DNA from: a bacterium
GTDB taxonomy: Bacteria; Patescibacteriota; SICC01
Length of the DNA stretch: 64,000 nucleotides
Assembly (NCBI GenBank): GCA_030699935.1
Contig: JAUYKS010000002.1
Location: 65,018 to 129,017, forward strand
Direction of reading: 5' to 3'
The notes below the pieces were generated by a model. It had not been told where the DNA came from. It saw nothing but the letters and a program-made list of their open reading frames with translations, and ran no database searches. The position numbers and the translations under genes were made by a program. Below are positions 25,971 through 36,050 of this stretch, piece by piece (position 1 is the first letter of the stretch; every line of letters begins with the position of its first letter).

Positions 25971-27785
25971 ATGGGTTCAAATCAGGAAAACATCCGCAAT
26001 TTCTGCATCATCGCGCATATCGACCACGGCAAGTCCACGCTGGCCGACCGGCTGCTCGAGCTGACCGGCACGGTCCAGAAGCGCGACATGCAGGATCAGC
26101 TGCTGGACTCGATGGAACTCGAGCGGGAACGCGGCATCACGATCAAGCTCCAGCCGGTGACGATGCAGTGGACCCCGAAGGCCGCCGGATCGGACGCTCC
26201 GCTGACGATGAACCTGATCGACACGCCGGGGCACGTCGACTTCTCTTACGAGGTCTCGCGGACGTTGTCGGCTTGCGAGGGGGCGCTGCTGCTGGTCGAC
26301 GCCACGCAAGGCATCCAAGCCCAGACGCTGGCCCACGCGACGCAGGCGAAGGCGCAGGGGCTCACGCTGATTCCCGTTATCAACAAGATCGACCTGCCGG
26401 CCGCCGAACCGGAGGACACCGCCCTGGCGATCGCCGAGACGTTGGAGATTTCCGCGGACGACGTGATCTTCATCTCGGCCAAGACCGGCGAGGGCGTGGA
26501 CGAGGTCCTGCAGGCGATCGGGGATCGTGTTCCCGCGCCGGAAGGCCAGGCCGGTGCGCCGCTCCGGGCGTTGGTATTCGACTCGCGTTACGATCCGTAC
26601 CAGGGCGTGGTCGCCTCAGTTCGGGTGGTCGACGGCTCGTTGCCGGCCCGCTCGAAGATCAAGCTGATGGCGGTCGGAAAGTCGGCGGAGTCGAACGACG
26701 TCGGCGTGCTGCGGCCGCAGCCGGAGGCGCGACCGCAGCTGGAAACCGGCGAGATCGGCTACCTGGTCACGGGATTCAAGTCGATCGTCGAAGTCCGGGT
26801 CGGCGACACGGTGACGCTGGCGGCGGAGCCGGCCGGCGAGCCGCTGCCCGGCTACCGCGAAGTCTCACCGATGGTGTTCGCCGGAATCTTCCTGGAGTCG
26901 TCCGGCGGCGACTTCGGCAAGCTCCGCGAAGCGCTCGGCAAGCTGGCGCTCAACGACGCCTCGCTCAGCTACGAGCCGGTGCAGTCGCAGGCGCTCGGCC
27001 AAGGCTTCCGGGCCGGCTTCCTCGGGCTGCTCCACCTCGACATCATCCGCGAGCGGCTGACGCGCGAATTCAATCTGAACCTGGTGGTTACCGCGCCGAC
27101 GGTACCGTACGAGATTCGGCTGACCGATGGCAGCGAGCTCACCCTGACCGACCCGGCCGAGCTGCCGGACGTGACCCGGATCGCCGAGATCCGCGAGCCC
27201 TGGGCGGAGTTGGAGATCGTCTGCCGGTCGCAGGACCTCGGCGCCGTCCAGCGGCTGATTGCCGACCGACGCGGCACGTTCGGCGACACGCGGTTCGCCG
27301 CTTCCGAGCGAGTGATCGTCAAGGCGGAAGTCCCGCTCGCCAACCTGGTCGCCGACTTCTACGATCAGCTCAAGGGAGCGACCGCCGGATACGGGTCGCT
27401 CTCATACGAACTCACCGACTTCCGTCCGGCCCCGTTAGTCCGCCTGGACTTCCTGGTCGCGGGCGACGCGGTCTCCGGACTCTCGGTAATCGTCCACAAG
27501 AGCGAAAGCGACCGCCGGTCGCGGGCGGTGTTGGCAAAACTCAAGGAGGTCATCCCGCCGGCGATGTTCCAGATCGCCTTACAAGCGGTCGTCGGCGGAA
27601 AGGTGTTGGCCCGCGAGGACATCAGCGCCCGCAAGAAGGACGTGACCGCCGGGCTGTACGGCGGCGACGTCACCCGGAAGCGCAAGCTTCAGGAGAAGCA
27701 GAAGAAGGGCAAGGCCCGAATGAAGTCCGAAGGCAGCGTGCGCGTGCCGCCGGAGGCGTTCGTGGCGGTGCTCAAGCAGGACTGA
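25971..27785 (+). CDS. lepA: Elongation factor 4 (LepA)
   Basis: NFCIIAHIDHGKSTLADRLL… GTPase G1-G4 motifs, LepA C-terminal domain. Start at Met226 of the listed ORF; the upstream extension is rejected. Confidence 0.95.
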   Translation: MGSNQENIRNFCIIAHIDHGKSTLADRLLELTGTVQKRDMQDQLLDSMELERERGITIKLQPVTMQWTPKAAGSDAPLTMNLIDTPGHVDFSYEVSRTLSACEGALLLVDATQGIQAQTLAHATQAKAQGLTLIPVINKIDLPAAEPEDTALAIAETLEISADDVIFISAKTGEGVDEVLQAIGDRVPAPEGQAGAPLRALVFDSRYDPYQGVVASVRVVDGSLPARSKIKLMAVGKSAESNDVGVLRPQPEARPQLETGEIGYLVTGFKSIVEVRVGDTVTLAAEPAGEPLPGYREVSPMVFAGIFLESSGGDFGKLREALGKLALNDASLSYEPVQSQALGQGFRAGFLGLLHLDIIRERLTREFNLNLVVTAPTVPYEIRLTDGSELTLTDPAELPDVTRIAEIREPWAELEIVCRSQDLGAVQRLIADRRGTFGDTRFAASERVIVKAEVPLANLVADFYDQLKGATAGYGSLSYELTDFRPAPLVRLDFLVAGDAVSGLSVIVHKSESDRRSRAVLAKLKEVIPPAMFQIALQAVVGGKVLAREDISARKKDVTAGLYGGDVTRKRKLQEKQKKGKARMKSEGSVRVPPEAFVAVLKQD

Positions 27786-27804
27786 CCAACGACCGTTCCC
27801 ATCC

Positions 27805-27833
27805 TTGACAAGTAGGCAATAATTGGCTATACT
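27805..27833 (+). promoter_or_regulatory. Promoter TTGACA-N17-TATACT
   Basis: Near-consensus sigma-70 promoter 20 nt upstream of ATG 27854. Confidence 0.5.
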
Positions 27834-27853
27834 AGGCCAATTACCTTCGTATT

Positions 27854-28873
27854 ATGTCAAAACATTCTTCAGCTGAAACCGGACTTCCGAACCCCGCCGA
27901 GTTCGTAACTCGTCTCGGACCAGTAGCCGAGCGTGTGAAAGAGCTATTTTCGGAGGTCAAGGAAACAGTCGTCGATTACGACCTTGAAGGCAATGCCTCG
28001 AGGTTGGAAACGTTGCAGGAGAAATTCTCCGGGGAGCAAACCCGCGCCGTCGCTCGCGATGACTTCGGTCCGGAGTTCGCCGAGAACGAGATCAGGCTGG
28101 CTGCCGTGAATGCCGAGCAAGTCGATAATACGTTCCTGCGAGAACAGCACGCTGGAATGAAACCGGATCTTGAGCACGCTGGCATGATGAAGCACACGTA
28201 TGAGGAGAACGCCGAACTATGGGCGCGAGTCCTTGGCGGAGAATCGACGGAGAAAGACAAAGAAATGCTTGGCGGATACATTGAGAACAATCGGAAGCGT
28301 CTTGATGAAGAGGTCGCAAGGGGTCATGAATTCGGATTCGATCGTTTGAAGGAGACTTCCGACGATCCCTCAAGCGTCGATGATTTGATCGAATACGCCA
28401 AACGTACCGATCAGTACGAGACCGGAAATCGGGACACTGAACGGGCCAACCGGGAACCCGTCGATCAGGAACGCTCCGACGAGGACCGTCAGAAAGAAGC
28501 GAACCGCTCCATAGCTTTCTCCAAGGAGGAATTCAGCAGGGCTCTTGGTTTCGAAATGCCGTTCCAACGTCTTGAGCTTGGTGACGACATCAGGTTGCGG
28601 GAAACGCTGGCCAAGCGTCTTGGCGAGATTCGTAAGACAATGACACGGGAGCGTGGCGCGGACTTCCGTGAGCAGAAGCAGAGGTTCGCCCCGCAAGTCC
28701 GCTCGTTATTCGAGGAGTTCGCACCGTCGAGCCAGGCTCGCGACAAAATCAGGCGCGATTTCGAGCGGGGCATGGAAGATCCCCGCGCCAGGGCACGCAA
28801 GGAGCAGGAGGAGCGGGTGAATCGCGCCAGGCAGCGGAACCGGACCGACCGCAATCATCGTACCGGTCGTTAA
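27854..28873 (+). CDS. Hypothetical highly charged (E/R/D-rich) protein, coiled-coil-like
   Basis: 339-aa ORF; GC slightly lower than context. Confidence 0.5.
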   Translation: MSKHSSAETGLPNPAEFVTRLGPVAERVKELFSEVKETVVDYDLEGNASRLETLQEKFSGEQTRAVARDDFGPEFAENEIRLAAVNAEQVDNTFLREQHAGMKPDLEHAGMMKHTYEENAELWARVLGGESTEKDKEMLGGYIENNRKRLDEEVARGHEFGFDRLKETSDDPSSVDDLIEYAKRTDQYETGNRDTERANREPVDQERSDEDRQKEANRSIAFSKEEFSRALGFEMPFQRLELGDDIRLRETLAKRLGEIRKTMTRERGADFREQKQRFAPQVRSLFEEFAPSSQARDKIRRDFERGMEDPRARARKEQEERVNRARQRNRTDRNHRTGR

Positions 28874-28948
28874 TCCGTCCAGTTTGCTAGAGCTGAACGA
28901 GAACAATCCCCAGGGTGCGGGACTCGCTCGAACCCAGGCTGAATTGTC

Positions 28949-29197
28949 TCAGAACTGGACTTCGGCGGCTGCGGTAGCCTCGGGCGACGGTTCGACCGTG
29001 GCTTCCGGAGAAGCGGTCGACTCTTCGACCGGCACGACGACGGCGTCTTCGATCTCGACATCCGCGGTCTCATCGGCGATCTGCCAGGCATAAAGTACGG
29101 CGCCGACCACGAGGCCGCCGACGATGAATCCACCGACGAACGTCGTGAACGGGTGTGCGTGGTTCTTTCCCCACTGGAATACTGTACGATGCGGCAT
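28949..29197 (-). CDS. Small single-TM protein with acidic C-terminal tail
   Basis: Strong SD (aaggagga) 8 nt upstream of the ATG on the minus strand. One TM helix. Confidence 0.45.
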   Translation of the reverse strand: MPHRTVFQWGKNHAHPFTTFVGGFIVGGLVVGAVLYAWQIADETADVEIEDAVVVPVEESTASPEATVEPSPEATAAAEVQF

Positions 29198-29316
29198 AAA
29201 ACTACTCCTCCTTTAGTTAGGCCTTGTTTGCTGTATTCATTGTGCGCGGGCGGGAAGCGGCGCGTCAACTAGCCTGAAATCTCCCGCCCCGCCTGAAATG
29301 CCCCCGATCCTTCTCG

Positions 29317-29343
29317 TTAGCACTCTCATTTACAGAGTGCTAA
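29317..29343 (+). promoter_or_regulatory. CIRCE operator (TTAGCACTC-N9-GAGTGCTAA), HrcA binding site
   Basis: Perfect match to the CIRCE consensus, immediately upstream of hrcA. Confidence 0.9.
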
Positions 29344-29355
29344 AAAACTGATAAA

Positions 29356-30072
29356 TTGCATCCTGTCATGCTTTCCGCACGAGAAAACCAGATCTTGAGG
29401 GCGATCGTCCACGAGTATCTGAACTCGGCCCAGCCGGTCGGTTCCAGCGTGCTTCGGGTCCGCTACGGATTCGGGGTGTCCCCGGCCACGATCCGGAACG
29501 TGATGTCGGCGCTGACCGAGGCCGGATTCCTCGAGCAGCCTCACGTCTCGGCCGGGCGGGTGCCGACGGACCGGGCGTTCCGGTTGTTCATGGAAAGCGC
29601 CCCGACCAAGGACCCGTCCATCTCCGAACAACAGAAGTTAACGCGGCGGCTGGAAAAGGCCGGATCGGCGCCCGAAGCGTCGCGCCGGCTGGCCGAGCAG
29701 CTCTCGGAAACCGCAGGCGCGGCGGGCATTCACATGGACGCGGATGGCGTCCAGCTGTATAACCTGGCGAACGTATTCGGCCAGGCGGAATTCCAGGATC
29801 CGCACGTCGCGTCGTATTTGGCGGAGCTGCTGGACCGTGCGAAGGAGTGGTTTCCGAAGCTGGCGGGCCGGACCACGCGGCTGGGTATCCGGATCGGCGC
29901 CGAGCATGAGGACTTCCGGGCCCGCGCGGTGGCGATTCTCGGGCTCAAGCTGAAGCCGACTTCGCAATACGAGTCGCGGGTCGGCGTGATCGGCTCCACG
30001 CGGATGCCGTACCAGCGCCTGACCGCGCTGTTCGACTATGGCAGGAAGGAGCTGAGTCGTGTCTACGGATAA
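29356..30072 (+). CDS. hrcA: Heat-inducible transcription repressor HrcA (short, 238 aa)
   Basis: N-terminal winged helix (…LSARENQILRAIVHEYLNSAQPVGS…) follows the HrcA pattern. Preceded by CIRCE. Confidence 0.85.
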   Translation: MHPVMLSARENQILRAIVHEYLNSAQPVGSSVLRVRYGFGVSPATIRNVMSALTEAGFLEQPHVSAGRVPTDRAFRLFMESAPTKDPSISEQQKLTRRLEKAGSAPEASRRLAEQLSETAGAAGIHMDADGVQLYNLANVFGQAEFQDPHVASYLAELLDRAKEWFPKLAGRTTRLGIRIGAEHEDFRARAVAILGLKLKPTSQYESRVGVIGSTRMPYQRLTALFDYGRKELSRVYG

Positions 30073-30667
30073 ACGCCAGGATCCGGCGAAGGACGACCAG
30101 AAGGGCCCGAAGGTCACGATCAAGCAGAAGGGCCCGCGGATCGAGCGGGATCCGGCGAAGGACGCCGGGAAACAGGCTCAGACCGGCGACCAAGCGCGCC
30201 AGGAGGTCGGATACGCCGGACCGTCTCCCGAAGAAGAGAACCTTCGCGAACAGATGGCGCGGCTGCAGGCCGACTTCACGAACTTCAAACAACGGACGGA
30301 ACGGGATCGGCTCCAGATGGTCGCGGATGCGCACGGCGACCTCGCCGTCCAGCTCCTACCGGTGATCGACAACTTCGACCGCGCCGCGGAGCACGTGCCG
30401 GAACAAGTCAAGAATGACCCGTGGTACACGGGCGTCGAGGGCATCCGCAAACAGTTCAACGACTTACTCAAGGAACTCGGAATCGAACGGATCGAGGCGG
30501 TCGGTCAGCCGTTCGACCCCGAGCTCCATGAAGCGCTCGGCCACGAGCCGAACGACGAGTACGGCAAGGACGTCGTCACCAAGGAGTTCGAAGCCGGCTA
30601 CAAGATGGGTGAGAAGGTCATCCGCCCGGCGAAAGTACAAGTATCAAGTGGGAAGCAAGGGTCATGA
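30059..30667 (+). CDS. grpE: Nucleotide exchange factor GrpE
   Basis: …LREQMARLQADFTNFKQRTERDR… and the C-terminal beta-domain are GrpE-like. Confidence 0.85.
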   Translation: MSTDKRQDPAKDDQKGPKVTIKQKGPRIERDPAKDAGKQAQTGDQARQEVGYAGPSPEEENLREQMARLQADFTNFKQRTERDRLQMVADAHGDLAVQLLPVIDNFDRAAEHVPEQVKNDPWYTGVEGIRKQFNDLLKELGIERIEAVGQPFDPELHEALGHEPNDEYGKDVVTKEFEAGYKMGEKVIRPAKVQVSSGKQGS

Positions 30668-30999
30668 CCGTCGAATCTCCGGAATTGCAACGGGCTCGTG
30701 AACTGAGTGAACGCTTGGATGCGGTTGAGGAATACCTCCGCGATAACCGAGTATCCTGGGAAGACTACATGGGCGATTGTCTCCGTGACACGATTCAGTA
30801 CATGAGCGTGTCTGGGAACACTCAGAACCCGGAGCTAAAGGAACTTTTCGGCGAGTTGTGCGAAAAACACGGAAGCGTTATGTGGGGAGGCAGCGAAGCA
30901 CAGTTGAAGAATCGTTTGGATATAGCAGGGCTTTTGTTGAAGCTTTCAGATAAGGGAGTTTCATTCCCGGATGAGTTAAATAAGAAAGGAGAAAAGTAA
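30664..30999 (+). CDS. Hypothetical small protein inserted between grpE and dnaK
   Basis: 111 aa; ATGA overlap with grpE; ends at the dnaK start; lower GC in its 3' half. Confidence 0.45.
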   Translation: MTVESPELQRARELSERLDAVEEYLRDNRVSWEDYMGDCLRDTIQYMSVSGNTQNPELKELFGELCEKHGSVMWGGSEAQLKNRLDIAGLLLKLSDKGVSFPDELNKKGEK

Positions 31000-32984
31000 T
31001 GACTAAGATCATCGGTATCGACCTCGGTACCACAAACTCGGCCGCAGCCGTCCTCGAGGGCGGCGAGTCGAAGATCATCCCGAACAAGGAAGGCGGCCGG
31101 CTGACCCCGTCCGTCGTCGCGATCGGCAAGAACAAGGAACGGCTGGTCGGGCAGGTCGCGCGGCGCCAGCAGGTGACCAACCCGGAGAACACGATCTACT
31201 CCGTGAAGCGCCTGATGGGCCGGAAGTTCAAGGACCCGATCGTCCAAAAGGAGACCAAGCTGCTGCCGTACAAGCTGGAAGAGGCCAGCAACGGCGACGT
31301 GAAGGTGAAGATGGGCGACAAGTCGTATTCGCCGCAGGAAATCTCGGCGATGGTGCTGCAGAAGATCAAGACGGACGCGGAAGCGTACCTCGGCGAGAAG
31401 GTCACCGACGCGGTGGTCACCGTACCGGCGTACTTCAACGACTCACAGCGGAACGCCACCAAGGATGCCGGCAAGATCGCCGGGCTGAACGTGAAGCGGA
31501 TCATCAACGAGCCGACCGCCAGCTCCCTGGCCTACGGACTCGACAAGAAGAAGGAAGAGAAGATCGCGGTGTTCGACCTCGGCGGCGGCACCTTCGACAT
31601 CACGATCCTCGAGCTCGGGGACGGCGTGTTCGAGGTGAAGTCGACCAACGGCGACACGCACCTCGGCGGCGACGACTTCGACCAGGTGATCATCGACCAC
31701 CTGGTGGCCGAGTTCAAGAAGGACCAGGGCGTTGATCTGGCGCAGGACCGCCAGGCGCTGCAGCGGCTCAAGGAAGCGGCCGAGAAAGCGAAGATCGAGC
31801 TCTCGACCACCGGCGAGTCGGAAATCAACATCCCGTTCGTCACCGCGGACGACTCCGGTCCGAAGCACCTCAACCTGAAGCTGACGCGCGCTAAGCTCGA
31901 ACAGCTGGTCGGCGACCTGATCAAGCGGACCACGGAACCGTGCCACAAGGCGCTCGAGGACGCGGGCCTGAAGACCAGCGACATCGACGAGGTGATCCTA
32001 GTCGGCGGCATGACCCGGATGCCGTCGGTGCACGCGGCGGTGAAGGACATCTTCGGCAAGGAACCGAACCGGAACGTGAACCCCGACGAAGCGGTCGCGC
32101 TCGGCGCGGCGATCCAGGGCGGCGTGCTTTCCGGCGACGTGAAGGACCTGCTGCTGCTCGACGTCACCCCGCTGACGCTCGGTATCGAGACTCTCGGCGG
32201 CGTGTCTACCCCGCTGATCGAACGGAACACCACGATCCCGACCAGCAAGAGCCAGGTCTTCTCGACGGCGGCGGACAACCAGAACTCGGTGGACGTCCAC
32301 GTGCTGCAAGGCGAGCGAAAGATTTCCGCGGACAACAAATCGCTCGGACGGTTCGTGCTCGACGGCATCCCGCCAGCGCCGCGCGGCGTACCTCAGGTCG
32401 AGGTCACCTTCGACATCGACGCCAACGGCATCCTCAACGTCTCGGCCAAGGACAAGGGCACCGGCAAGGAGCAGAAGATCACGATCCAGGGTTCCAGCGG
32501 CCTGTCCGACACCGAAGTCGAGAACATGCGGAAAGACGCGGAATCGCACGCGGCCGACGACGCCAAGAAGGCGGAGCTGATCGAAGCGCGGAACGCGGCC
32601 GACAACCTGATCTACTCCAGCGAGAAGACGGTCAAGGACGCCGGCGCCAAGGTCTCCGAAGCGGACAAGAACGAGGTCGACGAGAAGATCAAAGCGGTCC
32701 GCGAAGTGCTGGACGGTGAAGACGCCGAGGCGATCAAGACGAAGACGAACGAGCTGTCCGAGGCGATCCAGAAGGTCGGCGCCGCGATCTACCAACAGGG
32801 CGGCGGTGATTCGGGCGACGCCGGAGGCGGATCGGAGTCCGCCCAATCCGAAGAGTCTGCCGGAGACGGCGTGGACCACACGACCTCCGCCGACCAGACT
32901 CCGGACGAGGAGAAGCCGGAGGGCGATTCCAAGGAAAAGACCGAGAAACCCAAGGACAAACCTGACGAAGAAGAGAAGAAGTAG
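30999..32984 (+). CDS. dnaK: Chaperone DnaK (Hsp70)
   Basis: [10 protein letters not shown]…, DLGGGTFD…, the substrate-binding domain and a D/E/G-rich tail. Confidence 0.95.
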   Translation: MTKIIGIDLGTTNSAAAVLEGGESKIIPNKEGGRLTPSVVAIGKNKERLVGQVARRQQVTNPENTIYSVKRLMGRKFKDPIVQKETKLLPYKLEEASNGDVKVKMGDKSYSPQEISAMVLQKIKTDAEAYLGEKVTDAVVTVPAYFNDSQRNATKDAGKIAGLNVKRIINEPTASSLAYGLDKKKEEKIAVFDLGGGTFDITILELGDGVFEVKSTNGDTHLGGDDFDQVIIDHLVAEFKKDQGVDLAQDRQALQRLKEAAEKAKIELSTTGESEINIPFVTADDSGPKHLNLKLTRAKLEQLVGDLIKRTTEPCHKALEDAGLKTSDIDEVILVGGMTRMPSVHAAVKDIFGKEPNRNVNPDEAVALGAAIQGGVLSGDVKDLLLLDVTPLTLGIETLGGVSTPLIERNTTIPTSKSQVFSTAADNQNSVDVHVLQGERKISADNKSLGRFVLDGIPPAPRGVPQVEVTFDIDANGILNVSAKDKGTGKEQKITIQGSSGLSDTEVENMRKDAESHAADDAKKAELIEARNAADNLIYSSEKTVKDAGAKVSEADKNEVDEKIKAVREVLDGEDAEAIKTKTNELSEAIQKVGAAIYQQGGGDSGDAGGGSESAQSEESAGDGVDHTTSADQTPDEEKPEGDSKEKTEKPKDKPDEEEKK

Positions 32985-32993
32985 CGTTATGGT

Positions 32994-33020
32994 GGTCCGG
33001 CGCTCGCCCGGCGCCGGACC
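32994..33020 (+). terminator. GC-rich hairpin (ggtccggcgc-tcgcccg-gcgccggacc) after dnaK
   Basis: 10-bp perfect stem with 7-nt loop; no U-tract. Confidence 0.4.
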
Positions 33021-33038
33021 GCACGGTACGATGGTCCC

Positions 33039-33680
33039 ATGCGGATAAGGCGTATAGGGGAGCTGGCGCGGATCATCGGAGTCATCGTCGCGGGGACGGC
33101 GGTGCTCGGCATCGCCGGCTGCGGCAAACAGCCGAACGCCGGCCCGGCGCCGGACATCATCGCGACCAAGACGCCGAACCCGATCGAACAATCCAAGGAG
33201 CGCTATACCGAATCGCTGGAGCGGGCCAAGGCCTGGCAGCAAAACGCCGAGCTGGCCCGCGTCTATCGGAAGTACAGCGGCACGCTGGCGCCGTCCTCGC
33301 CGACGCCGCTGGTCTATGCCTTTTCCTCATTGGCGGATCCGAAGTCCACGTTCGAAGTCGAATTCCAAGGGGAAGACGTCTCCGACCGGGCCGTGAAGAA
33401 GCAACCGTTCGAACTGCTTTTCAATCCGATCGACGTGGCGCAGTGGAAGGTAGCACCCGAGGACGCGCTGCGGATCGCGGAGGAAGCCGGCGGCGAAGCC
33501 TTCCGCGAGGATCACCTTGCCGGATACCGCGTCCTCCAGCAGTTGTCGAAGATGGGCTCGCATCCGCTCCAGTGGTACTTCCGGTACGACGCCGGCGACG
33601 GCAGCCGGGCGAGGCTGGAAGTCTACGTGAACGCCGGGACCAAGGCGGTCGAATTCAAGAAGCAGTCGAAGCAGCCCTGA
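33039..33680 (+). CDS. Hypothetical lipoprotein
   Basis: Signal peptide with lipobox (LGIAGC). Confidence 0.5.
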   Translation: MRIRRIGELARIIGVIVAGTAVLGIAGCGKQPNAGPAPDIIATKTPNPIEQSKERYTESLERAKAWQQNAELARVYRKYSGTLAPSSPTPLVYAFSSLADPKSTFEVEFQGEDVSDRAVKKQPFELLFNPIDVAQWKVAPEDALRIAEEAGGEAFREDHLAGYRVLQQLSKMGSHPLQWYFRYDAGDGSRARLEVYVNAGTKAVEFKKQSKQP

Positions 33681-33684
33681 CCGG

Positions 33685-34971
33685 TTAGAAGTGAGCGTCC
33701 AGAGTTTTTTGCAGGCTGGCTTCCTTTGGCAAGTGGTTACCCCCGACGACCAGTAACCAGTTATCACGAGTGAGATAACGTTGTGCGGTATCGATCAGCT
33801 CCCCACGGTCTACCGCAGCGTATTCTCGGCGCCGCATTTCCGGACTGATGAGAGAACGATCCTCTGCGAACCGCTCTCCGTACCAGTCGGCGTAATCCCG
33901 CGGCGTTTCGTATGTCCGGGCCATACCGCCGATAACGTTTCCCCGGGCCAGTTCCAATTCGGAGTCTGTGAACCGTCCCCGGCGGAGCGCGGAAAGTTCG
34001 GATACGACCAACCCTAGAAGCGGCAGGAACTTACGCGGGTTGGTTTCAGCGCTGACCGTAAGGCCGGTCATATCACGATCGCTTCCCCTATCTACGTCGA
34101 TCCCATAGGCTAAGCCAGCCCGGCGTACTTTTTGGTACAACCGAGCCGAAGGGGATTCATCGCACAGAGCACAGAGTAAGCGCAGGCTAGCGAGGGAGCG
34201 TTCGTCGTAACCGGCCCGGGCGAAATCCAGCGAAAAGTACTGTTGGCTCCAACTCGCCGGCAGCAACTTGATTTTCCGCTGGAAGTTTCCCAGCCGGGCC
34301 GGCTGCCAGTCGATGCGCCGACCCCGCGGCCGGCCAGCTAGTAATCGGTTCAGTTCTTTCCTTAACCGCCTTACTCGCGCTGAGCCGAAAGGACCGGCTG
34401 CTACGAACCGCATGTTTCGGGTGCCGTACATTTCGCGATGGAAGCGGACGATATCAGACCGCCCGATGGTTTTCATGCGACGGACCCGGGCTTTCCAGGA
34501 CGGCCGGAGCGATGGGATCTGAGTCTGGTTCAACCGGTATCCCACCCGCCGCTCAGGGTCCTCTTGGTATTCATTAAGCTCCGATTCTATCACCTGTTTT
34601 TCTTGTTCGATCGAGCGTGTTTTGAACAAGGGTTCGAACAGCTGAGACACGGCCAGCGGAAGAATATTCCAAATCTGTTCCGGCGAAGTCGAAAATTCGT
34701 AGACGTTCTCATCCGGATTAGTGAGCGCGTTAGCGTACGAGCCGGTCCGGTCTATTGGTTCATTGAACGCCGGGCCGTTTGGATACCGTTTCGTACCTTC
34801 AAACGCCAGGTGCTCGAGCAAATGAGGAAGTTCGTAGTGTTGGGGGTTCGCGTACCGGTATCCGCTTCGCACATAAGTATTGAATTGGACAGACCCGGAG
34901 TGAGGGAGGTTGACCGCCAAGAGCTCTGCCCCGCTCTTTAGTGAATGGGTGCTGACCTGATGTTTCATCAT
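33685..34971 (-). CDS. M16-family zinc peptidase (pitrilysin-like)
   Basis: Inverted zinc motif HLLEHLAFEG (HxxEH) near the N-terminus. 428 aa. Confidence 0.75.
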   Translation of the reverse strand: MMKHQVSTHSLKSGAELLAVNLPHSGSVQFNTYVRSGYRYANPQHYELPHLLEHLAFEGTKRYPNGPAFNEPIDRTGSYANALTNPDENVYEFSTSPEQIWNILPLAVSQLFEPLFKTRSIEQEKQVIESELNEYQEDPERRVGYRLNQTQIPSLRPSWKARVRRMKTIGRSDIVRFHREMYGTRNMRFVAAGPFGSARVRRLRKELNRLLAGRPRGRRIDWQPARLGNFQRKIKLLPASWSQQYFSLDFARAGYDERSLASLRLLCALCDESPSARLYQKVRRAGLAYGIDVDRGSDRDMTGLTVSAETNPRKFLPLLGLVVSELSALRRGRFTDSELELARGNVIGGMARTYETPRDYADWYGERFAEDRSLISPEMRRREYAAVDRGELIDTAQRYLTRDNWLLVVGGNHLPKEASLQKTLDAHF

Positions 34972-35003
34972 GTTTAGTATAGGCAGTAATGTAATCTGTA
35001 AGT

Positions 35004-36038
35004 ATGGCGAAGGAAACCTACTACGATGTTCTCGGCGTCGCGCGGACGGCGACGGAAGACGATATCAAGAAGTCCTACCGGACGCTGGCGAGGGAATACC
35101 ATCCCGACGTCAACAAGGGCGCGGAGGCCGAGGAGCGCTTCAAGAAGATCAACGAGGCATACGGCACGCTGTCCGATTCGCTGAAGCGCGCCGACTACGA
35201 TCAGTCGCTGGCCGATACGGGCGTGAAGGGTGCCGGCCCGGCACCGGCGGGTGGACCGGCGGGAGCTGCCCAAGCGGAGGCCGCCGCGGCCGAGACCCCG
35301 TTCCGCCAAGCGATGGTACGCGCCGCGCTGCTCCGGACGTTCATATTCGGGATGATCGCGGCGCTGGCCGGAGGACTGCTGGCGGTCGCGCTCGGCTTCC
35401 TGACCGAATCCGCGTTCAGCGTCACGACGACTATCCAAGGCGCGATCCCCGGCCTGCTGGTCGGGCTGCTCTGGGGGGCGGACTATAACTTCAAGGTAGA
35501 GTCCTTCCTCGGCACCGGATGGCTCGGCCGGAGCTACACGCTGGCCCGGACCATCCTGATGAGCCTCGGCCTGGCCTACTACGGCGGCCTGCTCGGCGGG
35601 ACGGTCGATGCCGCCGTGGACACGAATGTGTTCACGCTGCCGCTGATCCTGATCGGCGTGCTGGCCGGGGCGGTGATCGGCTCCGACGGAGACACGGTCG
35701 ACAAGCTGCGCTCCGGGGCCGGCCGGTTCAACCTGTTCTACACGCTGATCCGCGGCGCCGAAGTCGGCGCGGTCGGCGCTTTCGTCGGCGCCGGGCTCGG
35801 CGCGATCCTGGCGGTCTCCGGCCAGCCCGCCGCCGCGTTCGGCTGGAGCGTCTTCACCGGCTTCGTGCTCGGGATGATCGCCGGCTCGATCAAACCTCCG
35901 AACCTGGCGGCCTATGCCAGCTACGCCTCGGCGTCCGTGAAAAGCATCATCATCGTGCTGATGGTGCTCGTTGCGCTGGTAGTCGGCATCTTGTTCGGGA
36001 TGGTGGTGGATCCGGCCACGTTCGGACTATCGGGGTAG
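35004..36038 (+). CDS. J-domain protein fused to a polytopic Gly/Ala-rich membrane domain
   Basis: N-terminal J domain ([10 protein letters not shown]…YHPDVNKG with HPD), followed by ~6 hydrophobic helices. Confidence 0.7.
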   Translation: MAKETYYDVLGVARTATEDDIKKSYRTLAREYHPDVNKGAEAEERFKKINEAYGTLSDSLKRADYDQSLADTGVKGAGPAPAGGPAGAAQAEAAAAETPFRQAMVRAALLRTFIFGMIAALAGGLLAVALGFLTESAFSVTTTIQGAIPGLLVGLLWGADYNFKVESFLGTGWLGRSYTLARTILMSLGLAYYGGLLGGTVDAAVDTNVFTLPLILIGVLAGAVIGSDGDTVDKLRSGAGRFNLFYTLIRGAEVGAVGAFVGAGLGAILAVSGQPAAAFGWSVFTGFVLGMIAGSIKPPNLAAYASYASASVKSIIIVLMVLVALVVGILFGMVVDPATFGLSG

Positions 36039-36050
36039 ACTGGATACGTT

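Noticed and set aside
28900-28950. tRNA-like segment (…gggttcgagcgagtccc… on the minus strand)
   Set aside because: The T-arm-like motif is imperfect and no cloverleaf with acceptor and anticodon stems can be built. Probably chance.
31998-33242. 414-aa minus-strand ORF
   Set aside because: Antisense to dnaK; shadow ORF.
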